In this document: positions 1 through 10,335 of the stretch, piece after piece
How positions within the stretch are numbered: the stretch's first letter is position 1
Layout: each line of letters begins with the position of its first letter
Assembly (NCBI GenBank): GCA_048571215.1
Contig: CP182352.1
Location: forward strand, 1,728,001 to 1,792,000
Reading direction: 5' to 3'
DNA: 64,000 nt
Origin: Halarcobacter sp.
GTDB taxonomy: Bacteria > Campylobacterota > Campylobacteria > Campylobacterales > Arcobacteraceae
Program-made: the position numbers and the translations under genes
Notes under the pieces: model-generated
Databases searched by the model: none
Told to the model about the DNA's origin: nothing
The model's input: the letters and a program-made list of their open reading frames with translations, nothing else

Positions 1-235
1 TACCATGTTCCATCGCTTTAACCATTGCATCTTCAACTGCTTGTTGTGCTGCAAAAGGAGTAGATTTTTTAGAACCTTTAAACCCTAAGTTTCCTGCACT
101 TGACCAAGCAATAGCATTACCAGCTGAATCAGTTACAGTTACCATCGTATTATTGAATGATGCCGCAATATGTACGATACCGTCAGCAATATTCTTTTTT
201 ACTACTTTTTTTCTAGTTACTTTTCTTTTTGCCAT
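1..235 (-). CDS. rpsK: 30S ribosomal protein S11 (runs off the window edge)
   Basis: Manual translation from ATG at 235: [36 protein letters not shown]...[14 protein letters not shown]; directly follows rpsM. Confidence 0.97.
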   Translation of the reverse strand, partial: MAKRKVTRKKVVKKNIADGIVHIAASFNNTMVTVTDSAGNAIAWSSAGNLGFKGSKKSTPFAAQQAVEDAMVKAMEHG

Positions 236-244
236 TAGTTATCC

Positions 245-613
245 TTACTTCGCTGCTGCACCAACAGTTTTCTTTTTACCTTTTCTTGTTCTGGCATTAG
301 TTTTAGTCTTTTGCCCTCTACAAGGTAAACCTTTTCTATGTCTTAAACCTCTATATGAACCTAAGTCCATTAAAGCTTTGATATCCATAGCAACTTTTTT
401 TCTAAGATCACCCTCAACCATGTAGTTTTTTTGAATCTCTTGTCTAATAGCTGCTGCTTCATCTTCTGTTAATTCGTGTGCTCTTTTGTTGTAATCAATT
501 CCAACAGCATCTAAGATTAATCTAGAGTTATGTAAACCAATTCCGTAAATATACGTTAACGCATATTCCATTCTTTTTTTATTTGGTAAATCAACACCTG
601 CAATTCTTGCCAT
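245..613 (-). CDS. rpsM: 30S ribosomal protein S13
   Basis: [10 protein letters not shown]...[26 protein letters not shown], the S13 signature. Confidence 0.98.
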   Translation of the reverse strand: MARIAGVDLPNKKRMEYALTYIYGIGLHNSRLILDAVGIDYNKRAHELTEDEAAAIRQEIQKNYMVEGDLRKKVAMDIKALMDLGSYRGLRHRKGLPCRGQKTKTNARTRKGKKKTVGAAAK

Positions 614-615
614 GA

Positions 616-729
616 TTATCCTTGTCTCTGTTTATGTTTTTTGTTTTCGCAGATTACTCTTACGATACCTCTTCTTTTGATAACTTTACATTTATCACAC
701 ATTTTCTTTACTGAAGCTCTTACTTTCAT
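616..729 (-). CDS. rpmJ: 50S ribosomal protein L36 (Zn-ribbon type), absent from ORF track
   Basis: Manual translation [44 protein letters not shown] upstream. Confidence 0.97.
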   Translation of the reverse strand: MKVRASVKKMCDKCKVIKRRGIVRVICENKKHKQRQG

Positions 730-931
730 AAGTCTGTCCTCTTTTTGTGTTTATTACCACAATCCAACAGGGAAGAACTGCCTAGAAAAAAGCGAAATCG
801 CTTTCTTGCATGGGTGGAACCAAGCTAGAACAATCTACAAAATATAGATATTCGCTTTTTTCCGGTTCTGCCCAACTCTTTATAAAACACAAAACATTTT
901 ATAAAAAATTCCTCTATGGTTGGAAAAATGG
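730..931 (-). promoter_or_regulatory. Structured ~200-nt 5' leader of the rpmJ-rpsM-rpsK operon
   Basis: Nested inverted repeats 763-768/919-924, 770-780/863-873 and perfect 12 bp 785-796/851-862. Confidence 0.6.
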
Positions 932-937
932 ATTTGG

Positions 938-960
938 ATTATATTTAATTTTGGCTTAAA
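938..960 (-). promoter_or_regulatory. Sigma70 promoter of the rpmJ operon
   Basis: Minus-strand TATAAT at 943-938 with TTTAAG at 960-955, typical Campylobacterota RpoD promoter layout. Confidence 0.6.
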
Positions 961-1067
961 TCTTGTTTAATTCTTAAGTCACAGATTAATCTAGATAATT
1001 AAAAATATAAGTAAGTATTTTTTAGTTATAATTTTTTTATTAATTAAGTTATTAAAAGGGTGATATT

Positions 1068-2108
1068 TTGTTAAAAATTGAAAATATTAATGCTGTTTAT
1101 ATTGATGATGAACCAGTAAATTTAATGTTGGTACAAGCTTATGGTTTAGAATTCAATTTAAATATAGAAACGTTTCAAGATCCAAAAGAGGGATTAGAAT
1201 ATATTCTAAACAACAATATAGATATTCTCTTTACCGATTATATGATGCCAGAAATTAATGGAGTTGAGTTAATAAAAAGATTTAGAGAAATCAATAGTGA
1301 TGCACCTGCTGTTGTTATTACAGCAGTAGGAGATGACCAAGAATTAAAAATAAATGCCCTAGAAGCTGGTGCAACTGATTTTTTAACAAAACCTTTAGAA
1401 CTACCTGAATTTAAAGCTAGAAGTATAAACCTAATAAATCTAAGACTTGCCCAACTAAAATTACAAGATAAAGCCTTACTACTACAAGATGAGATAAATA
1501 AAGCAACCCAAGAGATACAAAATAGAGAATATGAAACCCTTAAAGTTCTTGCAAAAGCTGCAGAGTATAAAGATGCAGAAACAGCAAATCATACTATTAG
1601 AGTTGCACACTATTCAAAACTTATGGCAAAAAAATATGGCTTAAATGAAGAACAACAAAGAATTATATTTTATGCTGCACCTTTTCATGATATAGGAAAA
1701 GTTGGTATTCCGGATTCTATTTTATTAAAAGAGGGGAAACTAGACCCTGAAGAGTTAAAAGAGATGCAATCCCATCCATATATTGGTGCTAGCATTTTAG
1801 AAAACACCCAAAGTCCTTATCTAATAGAAGGAAAATTAATCGCTTTGAATCATCATGAAAAATATGACGGCTCTGGCTACCCTGAAGGGAAAAAAGGTGA
1901 AGATATACCTTTAAGTGCCAGAATAGTAACAATTGCTGATGTTTTTGATGCACTAACTTCTAAAAGACCATATAAAGAACCGTGGAGCTTCCAAGAGGCA
2001 ATCTCACTTTTAGAAAAAGAAAAGGGGATACATTTTGATCCCAAGCTCATTGAACTTTTTACAAATTCAATAGATGAAATCAAGGATATATATGAAAATT
2101 TTCAATAA
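1068..2108 (+). CDS. Response regulator with REC and HD-GYP domains (RpfG-type c-di-GMP phosphodiesterase)
   Basis: REC motifs (IDDE, TDYMMP, FLTKP); HDIGK, HHEKYDGSGYP, ADVFDAL; TTG start. Confidence 0.93.
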   Translation: MLKIENINAVYIDDEPVNLMLVQAYGLEFNLNIETFQDPKEGLEYILNNNIDILFTDYMMPEINGVELIKRFREINSDAPAVVITAVGDDQELKINALEAGATDFLTKPLELPEFKARSINLINLRLAQLKLQDKALLLQDEINKATQEIQNREYETLKVLAKAAEYKDAETANHTIRVAHYSKLMAKKYGLNEEQQRIIFYAAPFHDIGKVGIPDSILLKEGKLDPEELKEMQSHPYIGASILENTQSPYLIEGKLIALNHHEKYDGSGYPEGKKGEDIPLSARIVTIADVFDALTSKRPYKEPWSFQEAISLLEKEKGIHFDPKLIELFTNSIDEIKDIYENFQ

Positions 2109-2460
2109 TAAATCAATCAATATAGAGATAGAAGATAGTGAAATCCCATGGCTAAAAATATTTACAAATGAAGCTTATAAAGAGTTGTCAGAATGCCCAA
2201 AAGAAGTAAAAGAGGAGATTTTTAATACTTTAGATATTATTGAAAAAGAGATGTTAAACTATTTTAATCCAAAAAAAATAAATATCGCTTCATTTGGGAA
2301 CTATCTTCCCCATGTACATTTTCATATAATGGCTAGATTTGAAGAGGATTCTTATTTTCCAGAACCTATGTGGGGAAAGAAACAAAGGGAGGCAGATTTG
2401 AATCTACCTGAGTTTAAACCCTTTTTTGAAAAAATCTCTTTATTACTAAATAAAAATTAA
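2092..2460 (+). CDS. HIT family nucleotide hydrolase
   Basis: NIASFGNYLPHVHFHI (HxHxH triad); start moved to ATG 2092 after AAGGA; overlaps the HD-GYP gene end. Confidence 0.88.
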   Translation: MKIFNNKSINIEIEDSEIPWLKIFTNEAYKELSECPKEVKEEIFNTLDIIEKEMLNYFNPKKINIASFGNYLPHVHFHIMARFEEDSYFPEPMWGKKQREADLNLPEFKPFFEKISLLLNKN

Positions 2461-5069
2461 TTTTTTGCTATAGATTTTATAGATTCTAAATATGAACTTA
2501 AAACTTCATATTTAGCTTCATAATCAATACTCTCTTCTTCATCCTTAGCAGCTGTTTCTATCTCTTGGCTAATATCTGCAATCTCTGTCATTTTTAGATT
2601 TGCTGCAGCTCCTTTTATTTTATGAGCTAGCTCTTTTATTTGAGTGAAATTTTTTGAAACTATTGCCTCTTTTAAGTTAGATAAATCATCATCTATAGAA
2701 TCAAAAAAGGTATTTAATATTGTTCTAAATACACTTACAGGTATACCTAGTTTTTTTGCACTATCATCTATAGAGTATGATAGCTTTTCACTTTTTATCT
2801 CCTCTTCATTCTCTTTTTTCTCTGCATCTTTTTTTTGGGTGTACTTATACAATATAGAGTTTAAAGTTTCCTCTTCAAATGGCTTTGTCATATAATCATC
2901 CATTCCAGCTTCTAAAAACTTCTCTTTATCCCCTGCTATGGCATTGGCAGTTAGTGCTACAATAGGTGTATGGTTTAAATTATTTGTTTTTTCATATTCT
3001 AATATTAAAGTGGTAGCATCAATACCATTCAGTATAGGCATATTTATATCCATAAATATTAAATCAAATTTTTCACCAGTTTTTACTATATCAACTGCTT
3101 CTTGTCCATTATTTGCCATTATAGAATTTATATTTTTTTCAGTAAGTATTGCATTCATTAGGTGCTGATTAACTATATTATCTTCAACTACCAAACATTT
3201 TATTTCCCATTCATAATCTATATTTTGATTAACAAATACTTCATCTTCAATATTAGGATTTAATATCTCAACAATTGCATCATATAGTCTTGATTGATTT
3301 ATAGGGGATTTCAATACAATATATTTGTTCTTTAAATCTATTTTATAATTTTCATCTGAAGCTACAATTATAAAAGGAACATTTAGATTTTCCTTATCTA
3401 TTAAAGCTAAATCCTCATAATTTATCACAACTAAAGCATAATTAAAAAACTGGCTTTGTTCGTACATAACTTCAGGTTTACTATAATTTGATAAATACTT
3501 TTTAGCAATACCTAATTGTGATTTACAATCACACTCATCACAATATATTGCAATTTTAGAATTAATATCGATTTGAGGAAATAAATCTTTTGCTTTTTTA
3601 TAATCTAAATCAAGGATAAAATAAAACTCACTACCTTGATTGTCTTCACTTAAAAGTTCTATTTTAGAACCCATTACTGAGATAATATTTGAACTAATAC
3701 TTAAACCTAATCCTGTACCACCATATTTTCTAGTAACACTACTATCAACTTGTGAAAATGGATCAAAAATGGTTTTTTGTTTATCTTTTGGTATACCTAT
3801 TCCTGAATCTTTAACAGAAAATAAAACTTGTGCAGTTTTTTCATTTTTACCTTCTAACTCAATACGAACTGAGATTGATCCCTTATTAGGTGTAAATTTT
3901 ATGGCATTTCCAATCAAATTAGAGATAACTTGTTTTATCTTTAGAGGATCAGCTATTATTTTACTTGGTAGATTTGGGTCAATGTAAAAAAGTATATCAA
4001 TATTTTTTTCATTTGCTTTTGCTACAAAAAGTTCTATTACTGGTTCAAACTCTTTAAAAGGATTAAACTCTTTTTTCTCTAATTCTAACTTTCCACTCTC
4101 TATTTTAGAGATATCTAAAATATCATTTATAACACCAAGTAATGAGCTTGCACTACTATTTACAATATTTACATAATTTGCTTCTTTTTTTGGTAAGTTT
4201 GAGTGTTCTAAAAGTTTTGTAAAACCTAATATTCCATTTAAAGGTGTTCTAATCTCATGGGACATTGTTGCTAAGAAAATTGACTTTGAAGCTTCAGCAT
4301 TTTTTGCTTTTTGCATAGAATGAATATGTTCTGTTATATCTACACTAAAAGATAAATACTCAGAAATTTGATCCTTGAAATCTAACATAGGCACAATTAT
4401 TGTAGAGGTATAATAATCTTTTCCACTTTTATCATGATTTTTAATATCCCCAGTCCAAATCTCATTATTGTTTATCTTCTTCCAAAGGGAGTCAAAAAAC
4501 TCATCTTCCATATCCCTATGTTTTAAATAATTGTATGGTTTTCCAATTAACTCTTCATTTGTATAGTTTGAGATATTTAAAAACTGTTCATTTACATAAG
4601 TTATTTTACCTTTAGTATCAAACCTAGTTATAATAGCTGAGGCATTAATAGCTTTTTGATACTCTTCTAAATGTTTATTTGAATCCTTCAAAGTAGAAAT
4701 TAAGGATTTGGCATTGGAATCTTTTTCTTCTAAATATTTGATGATTTTATTGATTTGAATAACAAAATTATCTATATCTTTGTTATTGAAATTTTTATCA
4801 AAGGGGGTATATTTGTCATTTTTAATCCCCTCAAGAAAACTTGTTATCTCCTCAATTGGATATTTAACAAAACGATTAGTTACATAAATAGCAATTATCA
4901 CTAAAACAATAAGTAAAGCTAACATATATACAATAAAAAAGTTTTTTAAACCACTACTTATTGCACTACCAATAACTACTTCCATTCCAATATTGATACC
5001 TACAATAAAAAGAAAACCAACTATTATAACGGGAATTAAAACCTTATCTTGGGTATCTAATTTTTTCAT
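2457..5069 (-). CDS. Hybrid sensor histidine kinase (TM-PAS-HisKA-HATPase-REC-Hpt)
   Basis: FLATMSHEIRTPLNGI H-box, N/G1/F/G2 boxes, REC FMDINMP, Hpt AHKIKGAAANL. Confidence 0.95.
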   Translation of the reverse strand: MKKLDTQDKVLIPVIIVGFLFIVGINIGMEVVIGSAISSGLKNFFIVYMLALLIVLVIIAIYVTNRFVKYPIEEITSFLEGIKNDKYTPFDKNFNNKDIDNFVIQINKIIKYLEEKDSNAKSLISTLKDSNKHLEEYQKAINASAIITRFDTKGKITYVNEQFLNISNYTNEELIGKPYNYLKHRDMEDEFFDSLWKKINNNEIWTGDIKNHDKSGKDYYTSTIIVPMLDFKDQISEYLSFSVDITEHIHSMQKAKNAEASKSIFLATMSHEIRTPLNGILGFTKLLEHSNLPKKEANYVNIVNSSASSLLGVINDILDISKIESGKLELEKKEFNPFKEFEPVIELFVAKANEKNIDILFYIDPNLPSKIIADPLKIKQVISNLIGNAIKFTPNKGSISVRIELEGKNEKTAQVLFSVKDSGIGIPKDKQKTIFDPFSQVDSSVTRKYGGTGLGLSISSNIISVMGSKIELLSEDNQGSEFYFILDLDYKKAKDLFPQIDINSKIAIYCDECDCKSQLGIAKKYLSNYSKPEVMYEQSQFFNYALVVINYEDLALIDKENLNVPFIIVASDENYKIDLKNKYIVLKSPINQSRLYDAIVEILNPNIEDEVFVNQNIDYEWEIKCLVVEDNIVNQHLMNAILTEKNINSIMANNGQEAVDIVKTGEKFDLIFMDINMPILNGIDATTLILEYEKTNNLNHTPIVALTANAIAGDKEKFLEAGMDDYMTKPFEEETLNSILYKYTQKKDAEKKENEEEIKSEKLSYSIDDSAKKLGIPVSVFRTILNTFFDSIDDDLSNLKEAIVSKNFTQIKELAHKIKGAAANLKMTEIADISQEIETAAKDEEESIDYEAKYEVLSSYLESIKSIAKN

Positions 5070-5071
5070 GA

Positions 5072-6001
5072 TTATCCATCTTGATTTATTTGTTTTATTA
5101 ACTCTTTTAAAATATCCTCTGCATCATCAATCTCTATTTGGCAACCACCAGCTGCTTCGTGACCACCGCCACCATATTTAAGCATAAGTTCACCAACATT
5201 TGTTTTTGAAGTTTTATTTATAATAGATTTACCTGGACTAAAAACTACATTTTTTCTATCTTTTCCCCAAACAACATGGATAGAGATGTTTGTTTTAGGA
5301 TATAAAGCATAAACTAAAAATCTATTTCCAGGATAAATAATATCTTGGTCTCGATAATCAACAATTACTAGATTTCCTTTAATTGTAGAACAACTTTTTA
5401 ATTGAGCTTTAAACTCTTTTTCATATAAATAGTATAAATCAATTCTCTCTTTTACATCTGGAAGTTTTAAAATATCTTCTATATCATGGTCAGCACAATA
5501 ATCAATCAAATCCATCATAAGCTGATAATTAGAAACTCTAAAATCTCTAAATCTTCCAAGTCCAGTTCTTGAATCCATTAAGAAACTTAATAAATCCCAA
5601 CCTTCTGGATTTAGAATGTCATCTCTTGAAAACTGCGCTGCATCAGCCTTATTTGCAGCATCCATCATTGGTCTAAATTTTGCTGGAAACTTCTCATCCC
5701 CACCATAATATTGATATACAACTTCTGCTGCACTTGGAGCATCTGGATCGATTATATGATTGTCTTTTTTTTCATTTCTAAGGGTTTCAGAAAAATGGTG
5801 ATCAAATGCTATATGAACACCAGGTACATATGGTAGATTTGTTGTTATATCTGTTGAAGTTACTTCGATTTTCCCATCTTACATATCTTTTGGATGTACA
5901 AATGTTATCTCATCAACTATACCTAAATATTTCATTAGTGTTCCACAAACTAAGCCATCCATATCACTTCTTGTGATAAGTCTAAATTTCTTCAAAGACA
6001 T
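5072..6001 (-). pseudogene. DHH-family exopolyphosphatase-like/nanoRNase-like protein interrupted by in-frame TAA at codon 41
   Basis: ATG 6001 with GGAG SD; MSLKKFRLITRSDMDGLVC...VHPKDM*DGK...AFDHH...GGGGHEAAGG; stop at 5879-5881, the same frame continues into the 198-aa ORF. Confidence 0.85.
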
Positions 6002-6026
6002 AACAACTCCTAAATTATATATTTAT

Positions 6027-7097
6027 CTAAACCAATGCAATATTATTTGCAATCACTTCACCCATTTGTGAAGTTGAAACAACCTCTTTAGCATCAAATG
6101 CAGCAATATCTTTAGTTCTATACCCATCTTTTAATGCTTTTTTAATAGCTGCATCTATTTTTTCTGCTGCTTTTTCTTCACCTAAAGAGTATCTAAGCAT
6201 CATACCAGCACTTTCAATTGTAGCAATTGGATTTGCTATACCTTGCCCTGCTATATCTGGTGCTGAACCATGAATTGGTTCATAAATTGCTGTTTTTTCT
6301 CCTGTTGAAGCTGATGGCAATAGTCCAATAGAACCAACAACCATTGAAGCGGTATCTGATAAAATATCTCCAAAAATATTTCCAGTTACAATTACATCAA
6401 ATTGTTTTGGGTTTCTAACAAGTTGCATAGCAGCATTATCAACATACATATGTGATAATTGAACTTCTGGATAAGCTTTAGCAATCTCTTCCATAGTATC
6501 TCTCCAAAGTTGAGAAACTTCAAGAACATTTGCTTTATCTACAGAACAAACTCTTTTATCTCTTTTCATAGCCAATTCAAAGGCTTGTTTACCAATTCTT
6601 TCAATCTCTGGTTTTGTATAAACCATAGTATTAAAAGCTTTAAAACCATCATTTTCTCTTGGTTGACCAAAATAGATTCCACCAATTAATTCCCTTACAA
6701 CCATAATATCAACACCCTCAATAATTTCAGGTTTTAATGTTGAAGCATTTACTAATTCATCATAAATAATAGCAGGTCTTAAATTTGCGAAAACACCCAT
6801 CTTTTCTCTAAACTTCAAAAGTCCAGTTTCAGGTCTTAAATCCCTAGGAAGAGTGTCCCATTTTTCTCCACCAATTGCACCAAATAAACAAGCATCAGAA
6901 TCTAAAACACCATCAACAGTCTCTTGTGGTAAAGGGATTCCTGTTTCATCAATAGCAATACCGCCCATAAGATACTCTTTATAAGATAGTGCAAAGCCAC
7001 ACTCTTTTGCTACTGTATCTAATACTTTTATTGCTTCATCTACTATCTCTGGACCTATTCCATCACCTTTAATTACTGATATATTATAATTCTTCAT
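6027..7097 (-). CDS. leuB: 3-isopropylmalate dehydrogenase
   Basis: [28 protein letters not shown] motifs. Confidence 0.97.
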   Translation of the reverse strand: MKNYNISVIKGDGIGPEIVDEAIKVLDTVAKECGFALSYKEYLMGGIAIDETGIPLPQETVDGVLDSDACLFGAIGGEKWDTLPRDLRPETGLLKFREKMGVFANLRPAIIYDELVNASTLKPEIIEGVDIMVVRELIGGIYFGQPRENDGFKAFNTMVYTKPEIERIGKQAFELAMKRDKRVCSVDKANVLEVSQLWRDTMEEIAKAYPEVQLSHMYVDNAAMQLVRNPKQFDVIVTGNIFGDILSDTASMVVGSIGLLPSASTGEKTAIYEPIHGSAPDIAGQGIANPIATIESAGMMLRYSLGEEKAAEKIDAAIKKALKDGYRTKDIAAFDAKEVVSTSQMGEVIANNIALV

Positions 7098-7597
7098 TAG
7101 TTTCCTTTTCCCGTTTCAGCTTTTGCATAATTTATTAATCCACCTGTTTGTATCAACTCTTGCATAAAAGGTGGAATTGCAATAAATTTATAAGTTTTAT
7201 TAGTAGTATTATTTGTAATAATTCCATCATCAAGATTAATCGATATCTCCTCACCCTCTTTTATCTCTAAAGATTCAGGTAATTCAAAAATTGGTAATCC
7301 CATATTAAAAGCATTTCTATAAAATATTCTTGCAAAAGATGGTGCAACTACAGCTGCAACACCAGCAGCCTTAAGTGCGATTGGTGCGTGTTCTCTTGAA
7401 CTTCCACAACCAAAGTTTTCTCCCGCAACAATAATATCACCCTTTTGAAGTTTTTTAGGGAAATCAGGATCTGCATCCTCCATAACATATTTTGCTAAAT
7501 GTTCAGGGTCTGAGCTATTTAAATATCTTGCAGCAATGATAACATCAGTATCAATATTTGCTCCAAAATTCCATACTTTTCCAGTAATAATATTCAT
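7097..7597 (-). CDS. leuD: 3-isopropylmalate dehydratase small subunit (short type)
   Basis: [29 protein letters not shown]; coupled to leuB. Confidence 0.95.
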   Translation of the reverse strand: MNIITGKVWNFGANIDTDVIIAARYLNSSDPEHLAKYVMEDADPDFPKKLQKGDIIVAGENFGCGSSREHAPIALKAAGVAAVVAPSFARIFYRNAFNMGLPIFELPESLEIKEGEEISINLDDGIITNNTTNKTYKFIAIPPFMQELIQTGGLINYAKAETGKGN

Positions 7598-7779
7598 TCT
7601 ATATTTCCTTATTGTTAGTATACTTTTATAAACAAAAGTAACCGAATATATTTTTTAAAGTCTTGCATTTTATCTAATATTTAACAAATAATAGATTAAA
7701 CATATCAATTAATGAATATTTCAACTAATTTCGGTATAATATCGGACTATCTTTAATACACATGAGGAAAATCCATATA

Positions 7780-9642
7780 ATGAGCGCAAAAGATTTAAAT
7801 AAAGTTATTGAGAATACTATTAAAGAGTATAAAGAGTCAGTACTTACCTATGAAAAACTTATTAAAATCTTTCCAAAAGCACCTTCAGGTCCAAATATCA
7901 AGAAACTTTTAGCCCTTGTACAACTATACAGTGTAACCTTGATTACATCACAAGAACAAGCTAAAAGAATGAATGCTGAAGAAGCAAAAAAGAAAGAAGA
8001 TTTAAGAAATAAACTAAAAGACAATGATGAGGATGTATTTGATTTACTAAAAAGTAAAGAACTCTTAGAATGGTCTAGATCAGACTCACCTGTAAGAATG
8101 TACCTAAGAGAGATGGGACAAATTCCACTTTTAACAAAAGAGGAAGAGATTGAAATCTCTAAAAGAATCGAAATGGGTGAAGATATCATCCTTGATGCTA
8201 TTTGTTATGTACCCTATCTAATCGATTTTATCTTAGAATACAAAGAGCCTTTAGTAAATAGAGAAAGAAAAGTTAAAGAGCTTTTTAGAAATTTTGATGA
8301 TGAAGATTCTGATGATACTGATACTTCAAATGATGATGAATTAGAAGAGGAAGAGGATGAGTTAGATGATGATGGCTCAATCAAAAAAACAAAAAAACTA
8401 GATAAAAGAGCAGAAACAATTATCGCCACTTTTAAGGCTTTAGAAAAAGCTAAAAAAGATTGGACTAAGTTCCAAGCAAAAGAGACAGCAAAATCAGATA
8501 ATGAACAAGATCAAATGCAATTCAACCTTGCAATAGCATTTAGAAAGAAGATTTTAAAAGAGGCTTTAATGGATTTAGGTCCAACTTCTAAGCTTATTAC
8601 AGAAATAGTAAAAGCTATGGAAACTGCTCTTAAATCAGAATCAGGATTTGAAACTGAACTTAAAAAACTAGAGTATAAATTACCATTATTTAACGATATA
8701 TTATTGAAAAATCACCAAAAGATTTTAGATAATATTGTAAACCTATCAAAAGTTCAAATCACTTCAATGGTTCCTGAAGCTACTATGGTATCAACTTATA
8801 TGGAGATTAAAAAGCTTTTCCAAACAGCAGAAGCTTCTAAGGGTGGATTTGATTTAGAGCCAGAAGAACTTGTGGATGTATTAGAACAAATTAAACGTGG
8901 TAAAAAAATCACAGATGAAGCAAAAACAAGAATGGCTAAATCAAACCTTAGACTTGTTGTATCTATTGCAAAAAGATACACAAATAGAGGTTTACCTTTC
9001 TTAGACCTAATCCAAGAAGGAAATATTGGTCTTATGAAAGCTGTTGACAAGTTTGAGTATAAAAAAGGTTATAAATTTTCTACTTATGCAACATGGTGGA
9101 TTAGACAAGCAATCTCAAGAGCAATTGCTGATCAAGCTAGAACTATTAGAATTCCAATTCATATGATTGAAACTATTAATAGAATCAATAAAATCATTAG
9201 AAAAGGTATTCAAGAAAATGGTAAAGAACCGGATGTAGATGAAATCGCAAAAGAGGTTGGATTGCCAGTTGATAAAGTAAAACAAGTAATTAAAATTACT
9301 AAAGAGCCTGTATCTTTAGAAGCACCTATTGGATCTGATGATGATGGTAAATTTGGAGATTTTGTACCAGACGAAAAAGCTCCAACTCCTATTGATAATA
9401 TTATGAAAGAGGATTTACAAGGTCAAATTGATCAAATCCTAGCTCAGTTAAATGAGAGAGAACAAGCAGTAGTTAGAATGAGATTTGGTCTTATGGATGA
9501 TGCAAGTGATAGAACACTAGAAGAGATTGGAAAAGAACTTTCTGTAACAAGAGAAAGAGTTAGACAAATTGAATCAAGTGCTATTAAAAAACTTAAGCAT
9601 CCAAAAGTTGGTAAAAACCTTAAAAACTATGTAGAAAGTTAA
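7780..9642 (+). CDS. rpoD: RNA polymerase primary sigma factor sigma70
   Basis: SPVRMYLREMG, DLIQEGNIGLMKAVDKF, YATWWIRQAI, TRERVRQIE; start 7780 after GAGGA; TATAAT at 7735-7740. Confidence 0.98.
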   Translation: MSAKDLNKVIENTIKEYKESVLTYEKLIKIFPKAPSGPNIKKLLALVQLYSVTLITSQEQAKRMNAEEAKKKEDLRNKLKDNDEDVFDLLKSKELLEWSRSDSPVRMYLREMGQIPLLTKEEEIEISKRIEMGEDIILDAICYVPYLIDFILEYKEPLVNRERKVKELFRNFDDEDSDDTDTSNDDELEEEEDELDDDGSIKKTKKLDKRAETIIATFKALEKAKKDWTKFQAKETAKSDNEQDQMQFNLAIAFRKKILKEALMDLGPTSKLITEIVKAMETALKSESGFETELKKLEYKLPLFNDILLKNHQKILDNIVNLSKVQITSMVPEATMVSTYMEIKKLFQTAEASKGGFDLEPEELVDVLEQIKRGKKITDEAKTRMAKSNLRLVVSIAKRYTNRGLPFLDLIQEGNIGLMKAVDKFEYKKGYKFSTYATWWIRQAISRAIADQARTIRIPIHMIETINRINKIIRKGIQENGKEPDVDEIAKEVGLPVDKVKQVIKITKEPVSLEAPIGSDDDGKFGDFVPDEKAPTPIDNIMKEDLQGQIDQILAQLNEREQAVVRMRFGLMDDASDRTLEEIGKELSVTRERVRQIESSAIKKLKHPKVGKNLKNYVES

Positions 9643-9648
9643 TAACTT

Positions 9649-10335
9649 ATGGATTATTTTGAAGAATGGGTTGAACTTGACCTAAACCCTGTAATTTCAT
9701 TTTCTTCCGCTGGGAAGTTAGTTTACTCAAATCAAGAAGCTCAATTTCTACTTAGTAGAATTAAACAAAAAGAGCTTTTTGATTTGGCTTTAAAATATGC
9801 TCCTCAAACCTTTGGTATTGAGACATCATATATTGATTTAAATATTAAAAATTACTCTTTTTATGCTATTACAGTAAGGTATCATGATGAAGATGAGATT
9901 CATATGAAGCTTTATAAAAGTGCTATGGTTAAGAAGAAATCCCAACTTAGTACAGAGAATACTAATATTACAAATATATTCACCCTTGTTGACTTAGCAA
10001 TATCTACTAAAAAAATAAAATCAAAAGCAAAGTTTATAAAAAACTACGATCCATCTATTCCTGAGTTTAAAATAAATGCTAGTGAGTTTATAAAAGCTCT
10101 AAATCTTATTTATGATACCTTTGAAAACTCTGAGATGCTTACAACATCAGTTATATTAAAAATTGGTGAATATATAAAAATAAACAATAAGAAACACTCT
10201 ATTATAAGTGTAGATGTTTTTTCTAGCACTAAATGTTCAACAGAATCTTTTACTTATAAAGATGAAAATGCTTCATTTATAGTTACAAAAGATGAAGATA
10301 AGATAACTATTGACTTGCCTCTTCTTTTAAAATAG
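9649..10335 (+). CDS. Hypothetical protein (PAS-like N-terminus, degenerate kinase-like C-terminus)
   Basis: 228-aa ORF 6 nt after rpoD; NPVISFSSAGKLVYSNQEAQFLL resembles a PAS start; no H-box. Confidence 0.6.
   Translation: MDYFEEWVELDLNPVISFSSAGKLVYSNQEAQFLLSRIKQKELFDLALKYAPQTFGIETSYIDLNIKNYSFYAITVRYHDEDEIHMKLYKSAMVKKKSQLSTENTNITNIFTLVDLAISTKKIKSKAKFIKNYDPSIPEFKINASEFIKALNLIYDTFENSEMLTTSVILKIGEYIKINNKKHSIISVDVFSSTKCSTESFTYKDENASFIVTKDEDKITIDLPLLLK

Noticed and set aside
5879..5881. Selenocysteine or pyrrolysine recoding of the DHH stop
   Set aside because: The codon is TAA, not TGA or TAG, and the aligned residue is Gln; all other genes use the standard code
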